Shown here: positions 1 through 8,941 of the stretch, one piece after another
Layout: each line of letters begins with the position of its first letter
Position numbering within the stretch: the stretch's first letter is position 1
From: Verrucomicrobiota bacterium
GTDB taxonomy: Bacteria > Verrucomicrobiota > Verrucomicrobiia > Limisphaerales > UBA1096
Length of the DNA stretch: 64,000 nt
NCBI GenBank assembly: GCA_036166355.1
Contig: JAYZHR010000137.1
Location: 47 to 64,046 of the forward strand
Reading direction: 5' to 3'
Position numbers and translations under genes: made by a program
Notes under the pieces: model-generated
Told to the model about the DNA's origin: nothing
The model's input: the letters and a program-made list of their open reading frames with translations, nothing else
Database searches by the model: none

Positions 1-2
1 CG

Positions 3-428
3 GAAAGGTGGGGAACTCCACAGCGTTTTCATGAATTAAATTTTACGAAATCACATCATGGACTTACCCATTCGCAAGACAGACAAGACGTAAAGAAGGC
101 TCTTACGCAAGTTGACCGCTTTTATGTGGAGTTATTTGCGGAAGTTTTAGAGCAATTGGACTCGATTAAGGAGGGGGAAGGAACTCTTTTAGACCACTCT
201 ATGATCACTTTAGGTTCAGGGTTAGGAGATGGAAAAGACCACACAATGGATGAGCTACCAATTATTGTAGCAGGTTCTGCTAACGGACGTATCAAGACTG
301 GCCGCATCCTTAATTGTCCTGAAAAAACACCACTGGCCAATTTGTGGCTCTCGCAAGCTCAGTTAATGGGGACAGGTATGGAGCGGTTTGCTGATAGCAC
401 CGGACCTTTAAAAGGCTTACTCGCCTAA
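3..428 (+). CDS. DUF1552 domain-containing protein, C-terminal part (5' end lies outside the window)
   Basis: Frame 3 is open from base 3, with no stop before the listed ORF at 126. The translation ERWGTPQRFHELNFTKSHHGLTHSQDRQD...PLANLWLSQAQLMGTGMERFADSTGPLKGLL has the SHHG motif and the C-terminal tail typical of the PVC DUF1552 family. Confidence 0.6.
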   Translation, partial: ERWGTPQRFHELNFTKSHHGLTHSQDRQDVKKALTQVDRFYVELFAEVLEQLDSIKEGEGTLLDHSMITLGSGLGDGKDHTMDELPIIVAGSANGRIKTGRILNCPEKTPLANLWLSQAQLMGTGMERFADSTGPLKGLLA

Positions 429-491
429 ATGATAGGAGTTTTCTTTCCCTTCACCTGCTCTACTTGTCCTCCCTGCGGCTAACGACTTACT

Positions 492-728
492 TCACCCTTG
501 TAAGCCTACTCCTATTCCGTACAAAATAGCGAAGCCGATATTAGCTAAAAATGGCTTATATACTTGATTGAAATTCATGCAGCAAAAATATAATAAAACA
601 ATGCCGCAAAAAAGGCTGGCAATACCCCAGCCGACACCTTCTTGAAATGCTGCAATCAGGAGAAATATTCCTGTTATAAGGCAGCCAATTGCTCCAGTTA
701 TCATTAATAATTGTCCTAGTGCTTCCAT
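492..728 (-). CDS. small integral membrane protein, unknown function
   Basis: 78-aa ORF that is almost entirely hydrophobic (ITGAIGCLITGIFLLIAAF, GIASLFCGIVLLYFCC, IGFAILYGIGVG). It is divergent from the esterase gene across an AT-rich spacer. Confidence 0.45.
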   Translation of the reverse strand: MEALGQLLMITGAIGCLITGIFLLIAAFQEGVGWGIASLFCGIVLLYFCCMNFNQVYKPFLANIGFAILYGIGVGLQG

Positions 729-851
729 AAGTTTGTTCAGTGAGTCACCGAGACTATTATGAAGTTATATTATGTTCAAATAAATAAATTATAAAATTAT
801 AAATTATATATATGACTTGAAGCTTCAATAGGGCAAGGTAATAAGTTTCCT

Positions 852-1898
852 GTGTTCAACATCAATCTCTCAACATTTTCTGTTCTATTATTTTTTTTAT
901 GCAATTCAGCGGTAGGTTATGCTGCTGAATCTAGTTCAGAGAATCCTAATATAGGAGGAGGAGATTATATAATTGGTCCAGATTATATTGTTGATCCAGA
1001 TCTAAAAGATAAAGGAAACCCAAAGGGAAGAAGCTTTCAATTCACGATGCCGCTCTCCAGTAGTAATATCTTTAGAGGTACGGACGTTACATTGGACCCC
1101 AAGAAGCCTGTTCGAAAGGAGAGAAAGATTTATGTCTACGTGCCGGCTGCTTACAAAAATGGCACGAGTGCACCAATTCTTGTTATGCATGATGGTCCCA
1201 GTCGATTAAACCTTGTGAAAAATGCACTTGATAATTTGACAATTTCAAAAGATCCAAAACGAAGAATTCCCGCTTTTATTGTAATTTCTGTTCAAAATGG
1301 AGGTAATGATAGCAAGGGAAGTCAAAGGGGTTTGGAGTATGATACTATTTCAGATCGCTTTGTACGTTTCATTAATGATGAAGTCCTTCCTGCCGTATTG
1401 AAAAATCGAGAGATTAAGGCAATTTACCCAAACATTACATTTACAGATAACCCTTGGAGCAGGGCGACAATGGGTTGTAGTTCTGGAGGGGCGGCAGCTC
1501 TAACAATGGGCTGGTTTCGTCCTGATTTATTCCGGCGTATAATTACTTATTCGGGAACTTTTGTTGATCAACAAGATGATGATGCTCCGGAAGAATTAAT
1601 GTATCCTTTTGGAGCTTGGGAATATCATTCCGGTAAAAAATTAATTGAAAATAGTAAAAGAAAACCTCTGCGTATTTTCACACATGTTTCTGAAAGCGAT
1701 AATGGTGCAAATAATCCGGAACCGTCCCATCATAATTGGGTGCGAGCAAATAAGCGCACAGCTAAAGCTCTAAAATCAAAGGGTTATAATTATCGTTTTA
1801 TTTTCAGTCGTTCTTCCGGTCATTGTGACAGGCGAGTTTTTGAGCACACTCTTGCAGATACTTTGGTTTGGATTTGGCAAGGCTATAAGCCTGATTGA
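852..1898 (+). CDS. secreted esterase, alpha/beta hydrolase (putative esterase / enterochelin-esterase-like family)
   Basis: N-terminal signal peptide MFNINLSTFSVLLFFLCNSAVGYAAE. Nucleophile elbow GCSSGG (GxSxG) and a late HC..R region are present. The length and layout are typical of PF00756-type esterases. Confidence 0.65.
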   Translation: MFNINLSTFSVLLFFLCNSAVGYAAESSSENPNIGGGDYIIGPDYIVDPDLKDKGNPKGRSFQFTMPLSSSNIFRGTDVTLDPKKPVRKERKIYVYVPAAYKNGTSAPILVMHDGPSRLNLVKNALDNLTISKDPKRRIPAFIVISVQNGGNDSKGSQRGLEYDTISDRFVRFINDEVLPAVLKNREIKAIYPNITFTDNPWSRATMGCSSGGAAALTMGWFRPDLFRRIITYSGTFVDQQDDDAPEELMYPFGAWEYHSGKKLIENSKRKPLRIFTHVSESDNGANNPEPSHHNWVRANKRTAKALKSKGYNYRFIFSRSSGHCDRRVFEHTLADTLVWIWQGYKPD

Positions 1899-2033
1899 TT
1901 TATTGGGTTCTGTAAGACAAATAAAAAGCTAGATGGAAATATCACGTCTTAAACGATTGTTTCTATTGGATAATATCCGATCAATGAATTCTTTAGCTTG
2001 AACCTTAAATTGTGATTATCGAAACTATTCCCC

Positions 2034-2810
2034 ATGCTTGCAGTTATTTCTCCCGCTAAAACATTGGATTTTGAGACTCCATCATTAACGAAATCCTGTA
2101 CATCACCTGAATTTCTTGATCTATCTCAAAAACTTATTAACAAGCTTCGTACATTACCAAAGAGTAAGCTGTCTTCCCTTATGTCAATTAGTTCCAAGTT
2201 GGCAGATTTGAATAAGCAAAGGTATCAAGATTGGAATTTGCCGTTTACTATGTCCAATGCGAAACAGGCGCTTATGGCTTTTAAGGGTGATGTTTATACC
2301 GGGTTTAATTTTGAGAAGTATAATGAAAAGGATTTTACTTATGCTCAAAAGCATCTTCGGATTTTATCTGGGCTTTATGGTCTTTTGCGGCCTTTGGATT
2401 TAATTCAGCCCTATCGTCTTGAAATGGGAACTAAATTAACCACATCGGAAGCTAAAGATTTATATGCTTTTTGGAGTTTGACTCTGACAAATTCTCTTAA
2501 TGCTGCAATTAAAAAATCGGGTAACAAAATTTTGATAAATCTCGCTTCTAATGAATATTACAATGTTATTGATAAGCAATTATTGGAGGGGAACGTGATA
2601 ACGCCGGTTTTTAAAGACAAGAAAAACGGCGATTTTAAAGTCATCAGTTTTTATGCAAAGAAGGCTAGAGGAGCTATGTCAGACTACATCATTCGTAATC
2701 GCATCAGCCAACCTGATGGACTGAAAGAATTCAACGGGCTAGGATATCGGTTTAACCGAAATCTTACTAGCGATGATAGCTGGGTTTTTACTCGTAAGGA
2801 ATCATCCTGA
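2034..2810 (+). CDS. yaaA: peroxide stress protein YaaA (UPF0246/DUF328)
   Basis: N-terminus MLAVISPAKTLDFE, with the GDVY, LSGLYGLLRPLD.IQPYRLEMG and YAKKARG motifs characteristic of YaaA. Confidence 0.85.
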   Translation: MLAVISPAKTLDFETPSLTKSCTSPEFLDLSQKLINKLRTLPKSKLSSLMSISSKLADLNKQRYQDWNLPFTMSNAKQALMAFKGDVYTGFNFEKYNEKDFTYAQKHLRILSGLYGLLRPLDLIQPYRLEMGTKLTTSEAKDLYAFWSLTLTNSLNAAIKKSGNKILINLASNEYYNVIDKQLLEGNVITPVFKDKKNGDFKVISFYAKKARGAMSDYIIRNRISQPDGLKEFNGLGYRFNRNLTSDDSWVFTRKESS

Positions 2811-2865
2811 CAGACTTAAATTATCGCTGAAAATAATCTAATGAATAATTTGTGTTAATATAAAT

Positions 2866-3501
2866 ATGAAAATAATAATATTGATACTAGTCATCGTCAC
2901 TGGTTGTTCTTCCGTTAGGCAGTCAAAAATTCATTCTGAAATTCAGAATGGGAACTTAAATAATGTAAGAACTCTTATTCAGAATGGTGCTGATATTGAA
3001 GCTGTCGGGTCATCAAAATGGACCCCAGTTCACTATGCTGTAAGATATGGACAGGAAGATATTTTGGATTTACTTCTATCAAATGGAGCAAATATTGAGG
3101 CAAAAGATTCTTGGCGAAAAACTCCCTTAAATCGTTCAGTATTTTTGAAATTAAGTATTGTGGAGAAACTTTTGCTCAAAGGAGCTGATGTGAATACAAA
3201 AGATTCTAATGGAATTACACCATTGCAATATGCAGTCTGGGAAGGTCGAAGCGAAATGGTATCTTTACTTATAAAGCATGGAGCAGATGTTAATGTTGAA
3301 ACTGGAAAATCAACCCCGATTCATACTTCTGTTTTAAAGGGGAATTATCAGATTACGGAATTATTAATTGGCCGTGATTCTAAACTGAATGTTATTAATG
3401 CTGATGGAAAGACTCCACTGGATTTAGCTGTGGAACTGCAGCACGAAAAAATTGTTAATTTACTTCAAAAGAATAAAGCAAAGAGGTCTAAGGAATTATA
3501 A
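2866..3501 (+). CDS. ankyrin-repeat lipoprotein
   Basis: Lipobox MKIIILILVIVTG|C, followed by about 5 ankyrin repeats (TPVHYAVRYGQEDILDLLLSNGANIEAKD, TPLQYAVWEGRSEMVSLLIKHGADVN, TPLDLAVELQHEKIVNLL). Confidence 0.8.
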   Translation: MKIIILILVIVTGCSSVRQSKIHSEIQNGNLNNVRTLIQNGADIEAVGSSKWTPVHYAVRYGQEDILDLLLSNGANIEAKDSWRKTPLNRSVFLKLSIVEKLLLKGADVNTKDSNGITPLQYAVWEGRSEMVSLLIKHGADVNVETGKSTPIHTSVLKGNYQITELLIGRDSKLNVINADGKTPLDLAVELQHEKIVNLLQKNKAKRSKEL

Positions 3502-3553
3502 TTGTAAATTGATCTTAAAATCTAAACCACGTTGTTAATTTCTGAGTATTTTT

Positions 3554-4348
3554 ATGAGACCAAGTGTTATTAAGCAAAAACTAGGGGAAGGTAAGCCTGT
3601 TTTTTTAACGCAGCTCCATCTAACAGATGCATCAGTATTTGAAATGGTTAGTGTCATGGGCTTTGATGGAATCTGGATGGATTTGGAGCATCATGGTTAC
3701 AGTCTAGAGACGGCAGAAAATCTTATACGTTCTACTCGAATTGGATCTGCAGATGTACTTGCTCGCCCTGGGAAGGGTGAATTTATGAGAATGGGGAGGC
3801 TTTTGGAAATGGGTGCAAAAGGCATTATGTATCCACGCTGTTCCAATGCGGAAGAAGCCAAAATGGTAGTTGAATGGGCCAAGTTTGCTCCACTTGGAAA
3901 AAGAGGATTTGATGGGTCCGGAGCTGATGCGTTCTATACAAACATTCCAATTGATGAATACGTTATTGATGCAAATAACGAAACATTCTTAATAATTCAA
4001 TTAGAGGATCCGGATTCTATTAAAGAAGCAGAAAAGATATCTGCTATTGATGGAGTTGATGCAATTATGCTAGGGCAGGCGGATTTTAGTGTGTTGTCTT
4101 GTATCCCCGGTCAGTTGGATCATCCATTAGTAAAAGATGCATTAAAGAAAGTAGCATCAGCGGCAGCTAATACTGGAAAGCACTGGGCATGTGCCGCTCC
4201 CAGTCCTGATGCTGCAAAGGAGCTTATAGAACTGGGTGCTAGAATTATTCTGCATAATGCAGATATTTGTATCTTAAAGGAAGGATTTGAAAAAATAAGA
4301 AAGGATTTTTCTGAAGCTGGTTTTCATTTTCAAAACAATCAATTCTGA
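3554..4348 (+). CDS. HpcH/HpaI-family 2-keto-3-deoxy-acid aldolase
   Basis: FDGIWMDLEHH, the R..G..V.ARP segment, GAKGIMYPRCSNAEEA and APLGKRGF match the HpcH/HpaI (class II pyruvate aldolase) signature. Confidence 0.8.
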   Translation: MRPSVIKQKLGEGKPVFLTQLHLTDASVFEMVSVMGFDGIWMDLEHHGYSLETAENLIRSTRIGSADVLARPGKGEFMRMGRLLEMGAKGIMYPRCSNAEEAKMVVEWAKFAPLGKRGFDGSGADAFYTNIPIDEYVIDANNETFLIIQLEDPDSIKEAEKISAIDGVDAIMLGQADFSVLSCIPGQLDHPLVKDALKKVASAAANTGKHWACAAPSPDAAKELIELGARIILHNADICILKEGFEKIRKDFSEAGFHFQNNQF

Positions 4349-4356
4349 TCTGAAAA

Positions 4357-5151
4357 TTAGTTCGCTGTCCAACCGCCGTCGACTACTAGATTCTGGCCAG
4401 TCATGTAACTACTGGCATCGCTCGCAAGAAACACGACTGCCCCTTTCAGTTCTTCTGGAAATCCCATCCGACGCATAGGCGAATAAGATTTTAGCCGTTC
4501 GACCATCTCTTGGTTTGCAGATTCTGAAGGGAACGGACCGGGTGAAAGACTATTTACTCGCACTAAGTCTTCAGCCCAGTAGGTGGCTAAATGTCGTGTC
4601 ATTTGCAGTATCCCTCCTTTGAGTGTGTGATAGGCCACGGATGAGGCAGGAATAAGATCCTTATACGCATCAGGATAAGACGCAACCAACCCGTACATAG
4701 AGCCAAGCATAATAATGCTAGCCGGTGAACCGGTATTGATTGCTAACTCATAGGTTAGTCTGGATAGCAAAAAGTATCCGGTTGCATTGGAGAGGACTTT
4801 TGTAAACTGGGTTCCACTTATATCTTTCCAGTCATTTGGGCAATGTTCATGGCCATTATTAATAAGGACATCAATAGCATCGACTTGATCTGTGATAGTT
4901 TGAAATTGATCGGGCAGTTTATCGAAATCAATATAGTCGAGAATTCCGCCAATATGGTTGGAGTGGTTTGGATCGGGTAATTGTGCTGCGATTTTCTTGG
5001 CACGGTTTTGATCACGACTTGTTACAATAACTCGTCCGCCAGCTTCAGCCAAAGCGTGGGCCATTGCTTTTCCAAGATAGCCACTTGCGCCAGTGATTAA
5101 ACAGGTTTTGCCTTTTAGATCGTATAGTTGTTGTACGGTTTTTTCAGGCAT
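4357..5151 (-). CDS. SDR-family oxidoreductase
   Basis: Rossmann motif TGASGYLGKAMA, an NNG-type segment (LINNGH) and a YxxxK-like AYHTLKGG segment. The start overlaps the upstream gene end by 8 nt. Confidence 0.85.
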   Translation of the reverse strand: MPEKTVQQLYDLKGKTCLITGASGYLGKAMAHALAEAGGRVIVTSRDQNRAKKIAAQLPDPNHSNHIGGILDYIDFDKLPDQFQTITDQVDAIDVLINNGHEHCPNDWKDISGTQFTKVLSNATGYFLLSRLTYELAINTGSPASIIMLGSMYGLVASYPDAYKDLIPASSVAYHTLKGGILQMTRHLATYWAEDLVRVNSLSPGPFPSESANQEMVERLKSYSPMRRMGFPEELKGAVVFLASDASSYMTGQNLVVDGGWTAN

Positions 5152-6163
5152 ATGTTAGGTTGCTTTCCATTTTTATTTTTTTCCATTTTATGGATTCTTT
5201 TCCGTCGCTTAAAATACTCATTTGGCAATTCAAAGTATGCTTTGCATCTTCAATGCTGCAGGGAATGTCAGAAGAATATCCCTTAATTAAATTAATAAAT
5301 TCAGAAGCTTGAGCAATGAATGCATCATCCCTATCAAAAGAGACTTCTTTTTCATTTTGCCAATTTCCATCAGGACTATCCATTATTCTCAATTGATTAT
5401 CGAATAAATTAAGCCGAACTGTTGCTTTTTCGCATACCATGGTGATGACTGATTCATTTGGGAATTGATGTTGATTTAAGTGATATGCTGCCATGATTTT
5501 ACCGTGACGAGCAAGGATGCTTACCGTGTCCTCGACAACAACTCCTTTTAATGAAACATGTTCAAAATCAGCTGTTAAATTGGTGATAGGCCCCAACCAC
5601 CACTGAGCCATATCCAAAAAATGAGTTAGCCCATCTTGAATTGCTCCTCCCCCCGTCTCATGTGAATTATAATAAATTTTATTATAGGCGGGGCGATACA
5701 AAGGAAAATGTTGTCCAGAATATAAGTTTAAATGCAACGGTTCTCCCCATTCCCCAGTTTCAAGCCGTTTTTTAATATTATATACAAATGGATAATGGCG
5801 AAGTGTGTATCCTACAATCGCAATTAAATTTTTTTCAGAGACTAAGCTTTGTAATGTTTCAATGCCTTCAGGGTTAGTTGATATCGGTTTTTCGATAAGT
5901 AAGTGACATCCAGATTTAGCGGCTTCTATAGCAATTGTAATATGGAGGTGTGCTGGAGTGGCAATAATAACAGCTGTAGGTTTTTCAGATATAGCTTCAT
6001 TGAAATCCGCGTAGGTTTTGCTAAGCGAGTAGGTACTCTTTATTCTATCTAGAGTGGATTTATCAACATCACAAACTGAAACCCTTGCTAGGTTGGTTTT
6101 CAAAAAACACCTTATGTGACGTTCTCCAATTGAACCGGCCCCAATGATTAAAATATCCAGCAT
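5144..6163 (-). CDS. Gfo/Idh/MocA-family oxidoreductase
   Basis: N-terminal MLDILIIGAGSIGERHIRCF NAD(P)-binding motif, the EKP motif (LLIEKPIS) and a C-terminal alpha/beta domain of typical length. Confidence 0.85.
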   Translation of the reverse strand: MLDILIIGAGSIGERHIRCFLKTNLARVSVCDVDKSTLDRIKSTYSLSKTYADFNEAISEKPTAVIIATPAHLHITIAIEAAKSGCHLLIEKPISTNPEGIETLQSLVSEKNLIAIVGYTLRHYPFVYNIKKRLETGEWGEPLHLNLYSGQHFPLYRPAYNKIYYNSHETGGGAIQDGLTHFLDMAQWWLGPITNLTADFEHVSLKGVVVEDTVSILARHGKIMAAYHLNQHQFPNESVITMVCEKATVRLNLFDNQLRIMDSPDGNWQNEKEVSFDRDDAFIAQASEFINLIKGYSSDIPCSIEDAKHTLNCQMSILSDGKESIKWKKIKMESNLTYA

Positions 6164-6170
6164 GACTGCA

Positions 6171-7151
6171 TCAACAATCAGATCCTTCCTGTTTTTCAGT
6201 CATAGGATCAAACTCATCAATTAGAGCTTTCATTCGCCAAGCAAATTCATGATATCGTTCCTGTAATTCTATAGTGTTATCTTTTTGTTCATAAAACTTG
6301 GATCTAGAATTTAATCCATTGGATTTTTCTTTCCTGAATTTTTCAAATAATTTGGGGAGCTTATTATTGTTACTGCATAATGTGGGGAGAACTCTTTCAA
6401 TGCACTCGGCGTACAGTTTCGGGCCGCCTGTAATATCCATCCATTGGAATGGCCCGCACATTCCAGTCCAAAGGCCTAAGGCATTTCTGCATGAAAGATC
6501 TATGGTCTCAATATCTGCTATCCCTTGATCTACCATGAAAGCTGCTTCTCGGTACATTGCATAGCCAATGCGATTAACAATAAAGCCTGGAACATCTTTT
6601 TTAATTAAAGATGGCTGCTTGCCTAACGCATAAGCTAATGATTCCCCCTTCTCAAATACGTCGTCAGAAGTATATTCACCGCGAATTAGTTCTAGAAAAC
6701 GAGTTGCATAAGCAGGCTCTGCCCAGTGCATTCCGAAAAATCTTTCTGGGTTGAGGGCTTTTTTCTGTAGTAAAGTGATTGGAATTGAGGAGGTATTGCT
6801 CCCTATGGGAACATTCTTATGAATATGTTTTTCAATTTCATTAAAAAACCCCCTTTTAGATTCTAGATTTTCAACTATTGACTCTATGAGAAAATCACAT
6901 GAGGCCATGGAATTCATTGAATCCGCAAATTGAAATCTTGTTTTCCAATTTTTCTGTATTTCAGGATCAAGTTTCGTTTGTTCTGTAAGTTCTATCAACG
7001 CATTCTCAATATAATCAATGATCTTGTCATGAGGTTGATCAGCTTGTGTATATCCTATTACACGAAATCCATTTGCTATACAGCTTGCAGCTATTCCGCG
7101 GCCCAATAAACCAAGTCCGGCGACACCAATGGTTTCGTTATTTTTAGTCAT
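6171..7151 (-). CDS. 3-hydroxyacyl-CoA dehydrogenase-family NAD-dependent dehydrogenase (L-gulonate 3-dehydrogenase / L-carnitine dehydrogenase-like)
   Basis: IGVAGLGLLGRGIA Rossmann motif, the NTSS segment (IGSNTSSIPIT), HWAEPAY and PGFIVNRI motifs of the 3HCDH family. Confidence 0.75.
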   Translation of the reverse strand: MTKNNETIGVAGLGLLGRGIAASCIANGFRVIGYTQADQPHDKIIDYIENALIELTEQTKLDPEIQKNWKTRFQFADSMNSMASCDFLIESIVENLESKRGFFNEIEKHIHKNVPIGSNTSSIPITLLQKKALNPERFFGMHWAEPAYATRFLELIRGEYTSDDVFEKGESLAYALGKQPSLIKKDVPGFIVNRIGYAMYREAAFMVDQGIADIETIDLSCRNALGLWTGMCGPFQWMDITGGPKLYAECIERVLPTLCSNNNKLPKLFEKFRKEKSNGLNSRSKFYEQKDNTIELQERYHEFAWRMKALIDEFDPMTEKQEGSDC

Positions 7152-7155
7152 TATT

Positions 7156-8001
7156 TTATTCCACTCCTAAAATACTTAGTGTTTCTCTATAGATCATATT
7201 TTCTATTTCTTCTTCGTTTAGTCTGGGTAATTTTGTCCCTTCAAGCATTGAATTAAGATTTTTTAATCCCGATATGGATTCATTTACTGTAGTAAATGGA
7301 TAATCAGTACCAAATAGAACCTTGTCCCAGACGCCGTATTCTTGGACGAGCATCAGGCTGTTGTATAATTGGAAAGGTCTGTAATGAAGTGCGCTAATAT
7401 CAGCATAAACATTCGGGTGTTTTCGGATTACAGCTATACATTCTGCCTCATAGGGATGGGACATATGAGCTAAAATAATTTTTACCTTAGGATGGCGGAT
7501 GGCGACCTCATCCAAGTGACGGGGAAGAGTAAATTTCAATGGTGCTTGTGAAATAAAGGTTGTTCCCGTATGCAGAAGAACCGGCAAGTTGTTGTCAGCG
7601 GCATAATTCCATAATGGATCTAGGAGAGGATCATCAGGCATGAAGCCTGCATACATGGGAAGTAATTTTATGCCTTTTAAATTTAGGTCTTGGTGTCCGG
7701 AATGAAGTTCTCTCTCCCAATTTTTTTGTGTTGGATCAACTGAAAGAAAGCCTATTAAAGTATCCGGATTACTTCTGACATAATTAGCAACATATTGGTC
7801 GTCAACCCAAAGCCCGCTTAATTTTGCCTTTCCTCCAAAAACAACGGTTTTGACTTCTTTTGGGGAAGTGGCTTTATATTCATCATAATTAACCGTCAGA
7901 TCCACTTCTTTGCCTGATCTGGCACGGGTCGCCTGAGATATAAAGTCTTTCTGAAAATGATCAGGATAACTCCATGCATGGCTGTGAACATCAATTATCA
8001 C
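7156..8001 (-). CDS. amidohydrolase-2 family protein (lactonase/decarboxylase-type metal hydrolase)
   Basis: MIIDVHSHAW (HxH), LLHTG, ILAHMSHPY and FGTDYP motifs of PF04909. There is a 4-nt ATGA overlap with the upstream gene. Confidence 0.8.
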   Translation of the reverse strand: MIIDVHSHAWSYPDHFQKDFISQATRARSGKEVDLTVNYDEYKATSPKEVKTVVFGGKAKLSGLWVDDQYVANYVRSNPDTLIGFLSVDPTQKNWERELHSGHQDLNLKGIKLLPMYAGFMPDDPLLDPLWNYAADNNLPVLLHTGTTFISQAPLKFTLPRHLDEVAIRHPKVKIILAHMSHPYEAECIAVIRKHPNVYADISALHYRPFQLYNSLMLVQEYGVWDKVLFGTDYPFTTVNESISGLKNLNSMLEGTKLPRLNEEEIENMIYRETLSILGVE

Positions 8002-8921
8002 TTTACTGTCTCCTTTATGACATCACTTAGTATTTCAAATAAACGGTCGACTTCCTTTTTTGTTTCGTTGTCCAAAATATATCCAACTGGGGATCGCACA
8101 ATGGTATTCCTAAAAATGCCTTGTTTCATTAATAGATATTTTTCAACGGCAAGAAATCCATCTAGTCCGGTTTGAAGAGCAACCAATGAAGAAATAGGGA
8201 ATGATATTTTATATATTTGTGTTGTATCCTTTCTATTCAAGGCATCCCAAAGGGCTACCTGTGCATCAATTATTTCAGCTCCCGGCATTGTTCCAACGAT
8301 GCCTCTTCGAAAGCTGTCAACAAGAGATATTCCCCCTGACCCTTCGAAAACCCTTGCTTGACCTTCTGTGGCCTCCCTTAAGGCTGACAGGTTTTGACCT
8401 ATAGGAACGGCTTCTGGCTTAAACATGACTCGGTTCGCGCCAAAATCCTGAAGAAGTTTAGCTTGTATATTAATCGATAAAGGCCGACCTACATAGCCAC
8501 TGGCATCCTGAATTATGAGTGGGATTTCAACGGATCTCAGTATTGATATGTAGTAAGATAACAATTCGCTTTCACTTAAAGCAACTGAGACTGGTGGGAT
8601 TGCCATTATTGCCGATGCCCCACTTTGTTCTGCATGCTTGGCATGTCTTATTGCATTGTGGGTACTTTCAGCGCCAACACTCACTATGACAGGTCCGCGA
8701 TTTTGCGACATCGCGCATACTTTAGATGCAAGTTCGTCTCGTTCTTCACTTGCCAGTCTAAGTGTTTCTGAAACCATGGCCATTACTACTCCATTTGCCC
8801 CTCTCTGGAAGAGCCAATCAATCTCCTTATCAAGGATTTTGTAATCGATGCTTTCATCCTCATTAAAAGGCGTTTGAAAGACTGGGAAAACACCAGAAAG
8901 TTCTTCTTTAAATTTAGTCAA
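7998..8921 (-). CDS. dihydrodipicolinate synthase-family (DapA-like) aldolase/dehydratase
   Basis: LSGVFPVFQTPFNEDESIDY, GANGVVMAMVSETLRLASEER and the GAES...HA layout are typical of the DHDPS/NAL family. The start is TTG. Confidence 0.8.
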   Translation of the reverse strand: MTKFKEELSGVFPVFQTPFNEDESIDYKILDKEIDWLFQRGANGVVMAMVSETLRLASEERDELASKVCAMSQNRGPVIVSVGAESTHNAIRHAKHAEQSGASAIMAIPPVSVALSESELLSYYISILRSVEIPLIIQDASGYVGRPLSINIQAKLLQDFGANRVMFKPEAVPIGQNLSALREATEGQARVFEGSGGISLVDSFRRGIVGTMPGAEIIDAQVALWDALNRKDTTQIYKISFPISSLVALQTGLDGFLAVEKYLLMKQGIFRNTIVRSPVGYILDNETKKEVDRLFEILSDVIKETVK

Positions 8922-8941
8922 ATTATTCTGTTCCTTAAAAG

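Noticed and set aside
786-813. Imperfect AT heptamer repeats (AAATTAT AAAATTAT AAATTAT ATATAT) in the divergent spacer before the esterase gene
   Set aside because: This is a short, low-complexity AT tract in a promoter region. It is compatible with an UP element or curved DNA and is not distinguishable from chance in an AT-rich intergenic region.
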